A DNA stretch of 41,544 nucleotides from a virus. The notes beneath the pieces were generated by a model. That model ran no database searches. It saw nothing but the letters and a program-made list of their open reading frames with translations, and was not told the DNA's origin. Positions 40,201 through 41,544 of the stretch are shown one piece after another. Every line of letters starts with the position of its first letter. Positions within the stretch are counted from its first letter, which is position 1. The position numbers and the translations under genes were made by a program. The DNA is taken from IMG/VR virus record IMGVR_UViG_3300025572_000005; one strand, 5' to 3'.

Positions 40201-40787
40201 TCGGTCACGATGCCAAGGCGCCGTGCCTCCTGCATTGCCTCGCGGATTCCGGCTGCCCCTTGCGATAGCATCGGCACCAACTGGCGACCTGCGTCACCGA
40301 GAAGCTGCATGGCGGCGGCAGACCGTTGCGCCTCCGTCGGAAGGCGGGAAATACGCTCGGCAACGAGGAGAAATAGACCCTCGATGTCATGCAGACCAGC
40401 GGCCACCTCATCTTGCGAGATGCCCAGCATTTGGAAGGTCTGCAGGAAGCTCATGTTGCCCTGCGCCGCCTCAGCGGAACGCCTGACGAACGCACGAAGG
40501 CTCGTCTGGAGCAGGCCCAAATCGGCGTTAAACCGCATAGCGGCGTGCGAGAGCGCCTGCACGCTCTCTACCGCGAGGCCCGTCTGCCCGGCAATCGCCT
40601 GCATCTGGTCTGCGTACCGTCCCCCGGCGATGGCGGCGGCGGTGATCGACCCGGCGATGGCCGCAAAAGCTGCGGAACTCTTTTTCGCAAGGTCGCTCAT
40701 TCGACGTTCTGCGTCTTCGAGCGACTTTTTGAACTTCGCGTCGTCAAGCTTCAAAAGGGCGTAAAGTTCGCCCACTTGCAGCGCCAC
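37290..40787 (-). CDS. Tail tape measure protein
   Basis: 1165 aa. N-terminal TP901-type TMP core, hydrophobic segments and long coiled-coil repeats. Follows the G/GT chaperones. GTG start. Confidence 0.92.
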   Translation of the reverse strand: MALQVGELYALLKLDDAKFKKSLEDAERRMSDLAKKSSAAFAAIAGSITAAAIAGGRYADQMQAIAGQTGLAVESVQALSHAAMRFNADLGLLQTSLRAFVRRSAEAAQGNMSFLQTFQMLGISQDEVAAGLHDIEGLFLLVAERISRLPTEAQRSAAAMQLLGDAGRQLVPMLSQGAAGIREAMQEARRLGIVTDRETIAALADFASELDVMRAQLAGATRSIVAEFIPTLRPMVQLISQASASVANLGTETRSLIGTIGVGTVGAVGSMAALTTGTWAAVRAWQALSTTLRLAAGPAGWIALVASAVVSLTVGLSLASMQARNLRQDLSQFATVGDIDRELERVNAQIAETEARIAELREQLTTPVIGGPRITFEAAPEGQGGLLDQLEDLRALRDALVARRSELERLEEQQKAFLESLNVEITDTSAESSAAFRRWEERVRDVNRELDLFLAGMAEVQNRIGAAVDQEQWLRDAAQERVRSLEAEIRAREEIARLTRDVLDDGKLLPEEVDELTFALAMAEVEAGRLRAELTVAAEQLRLGRYAEPFEAINHLARLIRSQFDLGIVPLETLADRAADLVRRTEKLNDGTLTWLTTLQNVKNVHDEIMASLPQAISRETLPRQMPRPLVAEQALENELRRLELRVDAGLIPMEDALAALHRLRMQLIELTQASGGLYYANNEQLRLYNELTRAIDRLVESLETAPSRLDEIRAERGRALGIGMELERQLTGIGFDPLSYQIDVLTQSIREMFAVTDAITPEMEELIWQVKILRMEQAALTQTESVVRAGIEAFGRNLGPLGRVLAQSITFTAGPGLTGSFGFNASGFMTSALTVGIDLLFQALSGMNRTGQMLEQVAQALEQASQAWSRTLANAQFHELVTADPESMIADLIAARNALIEQIENIERFGGAHQRAQLNSLKAQLAQIEAEIEAFQSGAGEQLENRIRELLGITTRGLQSAVAAAFSASTAEDFARDMEGALTSRVRSAFVTAFLESAAMAPLFEQLGDMIREALVDIDISPEEMRGIREIMDEIKTRSTPLYELLEEMGLLADATERVREEFGALRNVPAIFKTALVRGQIAVPMPLADGGIVTQPTVALVGERGREAVIPLNRLEQIIRRAGQTSVHVSIQGPIYGQSDLDRLIRRSVREALRHEMSVQYGV

Positions 40788-40791
40788 ACGA

Positions 40792-41438
40792 TCACCCCGC
40801 CTTCTTGGTCACAAGTCCACGCAAGTACATCGTCGCCTCTTGGGGATCGGTAATCTTGCGCGTCTCGCCGCCTCCTTTGTCGCTCTTGTGCCGCCGATAC
40901 GCAATCGCATTGGCATAAGCGCTCTGCGGCGAAAGGCCGCGTACCAACGCCAAAAAGCGCCGCCAGGAGAATGTGTCATCCCGCAGCGCTTCGCGTAGGT
41001 CAATACGGTATTCACGCAGGAAATCAGCTTCAATTAGCGGCCAGTCTTCGAGGATCGACCTTGTTTCTTCGGCGTCTCCCCCGTCGCGGGGGCCTCTCCG
41101 TTTCCCTTCTCTTGGTCGCCGTCCTCAGCAGAGGGCAGGTACATGCCGATGATATGGGTAAAAATCTGCACGATCTGCACAGCCTCGATGCCTCGGTCGA
41201 GCCACTGCTCCACGCGATCAGTGCCGACGAACAGCTTGAGGTCGTCGATGTAGGTTTCCAGCTGCTCGCCAAGACCGCGACCATCATCCTCTTGATAGCG
41301 CATCGCCTTGAGCATGATGCGCGCCGGGAGCGTGGTCGGAAGATCGATGACTTCACCAAAGACTTTGATCTGCTTAGGTTCTACTTCTTCTGGTTTAGTC
41401 TCTTCCCAAAACGCGTCAAAGTCGACAAACTTCGCCAC
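40792..41438 (-). CDS. Tail assembly chaperone GT fusion produced by -1 frameshift at 41100-41106
   Basis: My translation of the -1 frame downstream of the slippery site reads ...ILEDWPLIEADFLREYRIDLREALRDDTFSWRRFLALVRGLSPQSAYANAIAYRR..., typical of gpT. It stops at 40792, 4 nt before the TMP start. Confidence 0.7.
41034..41438 (-). CDS. Tail assembly chaperone (gpG-like)
   Basis: 134 aa with an acidic N-terminus, between the major tail gene (across the junction) and the TMP. GTG start. Confidence 0.8.
   Translation of the reverse strand: MAKFVDFDAFWEETKPEEVEPKQIKVFGEVIDLPTTLPARIMLKAMRYQEDDGRGLGEQLETYIDDLKLFVGTDRVEQWLDRGIEAVQIVQIFTHIIGMYLPSAEDGDQEKGNGEAPATGETPKKQGRSSKTGR
41100..41106 (-). 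promoter_or_regulatory. -1 programmed frameshift slippery heptamer G_GGA_AAC
   Basis: In phase with the gpG frame (codons GGA112 and AAC113). Lambda G/GT uses GGGAAAG. Confidence 0.65.
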
Positions 41439-41544
41439 AGTTCCACCTCCGTTAAGTGTGAAAAGGGCGAGGCTTTCGCCCCGCCCCGTCTTACTCGCCG
41501 CCGCTTACTGGCGTGATGTCGCCGCTCACCGTGATGGTGACGCT
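41418..41544. repeat. Second copy of the 127-nt terminal direct repeat (identical to 1-127)
   Basis: Identical string, read directly. Confidence 0.95.

Noticed and set aside
40809-41033. 74-aa ORF immediately after the gpG stop, in the same frame.
   Set aside because: Its sequence is Arg/Cys-rich and implausible. The -1 frame over the same DNA encodes a typical gpT segment reached through the GGGAAAC slippery site.

Overview
The window is one complete temperate siphovirus-type phage or prophage genome, about 41.4 kb and high in GC. Bases 1-127 are identical to 41418-41544, so the contig closes on itself. Gene order is continuous across that junction (major tail protein, then tail chaperones, then tape measure). 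Almost everything is on the minus strand. A Cro-like early operon starts at about 23964 and runs through XRE and excisionase-like regulators and several small ORFs. It continues through HNH, a RecT-like annealase, SSB, a C5 DNA methyltransferase, a DnaD-like replisome organiser, DnaB, a MmcB-like nuclease and RusA. A consensus promoter followed by two intrinsic terminators (10279-10393) then precedes the late operon. That operon carries an amino DNA methyltransferase, TerS, TerL, portal, an SPP1 gp7-like protein, scaffold and major capsid. It goes on through head-tail joining genes, major tail protein, G/GT chaperones with a GGGAAAC -1 frameshift site and a 1165-aa tape measure. The tail tip and fibre genes follow (LamG protein, pectate-lyase tailspike, 798-aa hub-like protein), then holin and a SleB-like endolysin. 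The plus strand carries the lysogeny module: an ImmR-like repressor, an ImmA metalloprotease, a low-GC secreted moron and a tyrosine integrase. It ends at an attP that contains the 3' half of a tRNA-Arg(ACG). Five observations stand out. (1) A QueC-like PP-loop ATPase is fused to a head-module protein and wedged between the capsid and connector genes, next to a capsid gene ending in a (GGEN)n repeat. (2) The late operon has a lambda PR'/tR'-like promoter-terminator cassette with no recognisable antiterminator. (3) A translationally coupled nucleotide-metabolism trio plus small membrane proteins lies after the lysis genes. (4) A canonical -1 slippery heptamer joins a holin-like ORF to the next ORF. 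(5) Iteron-like repeats sit inside the replication organiser gene. All functional calls come from motifs read by eye in the supplied translations; no database search was possible.
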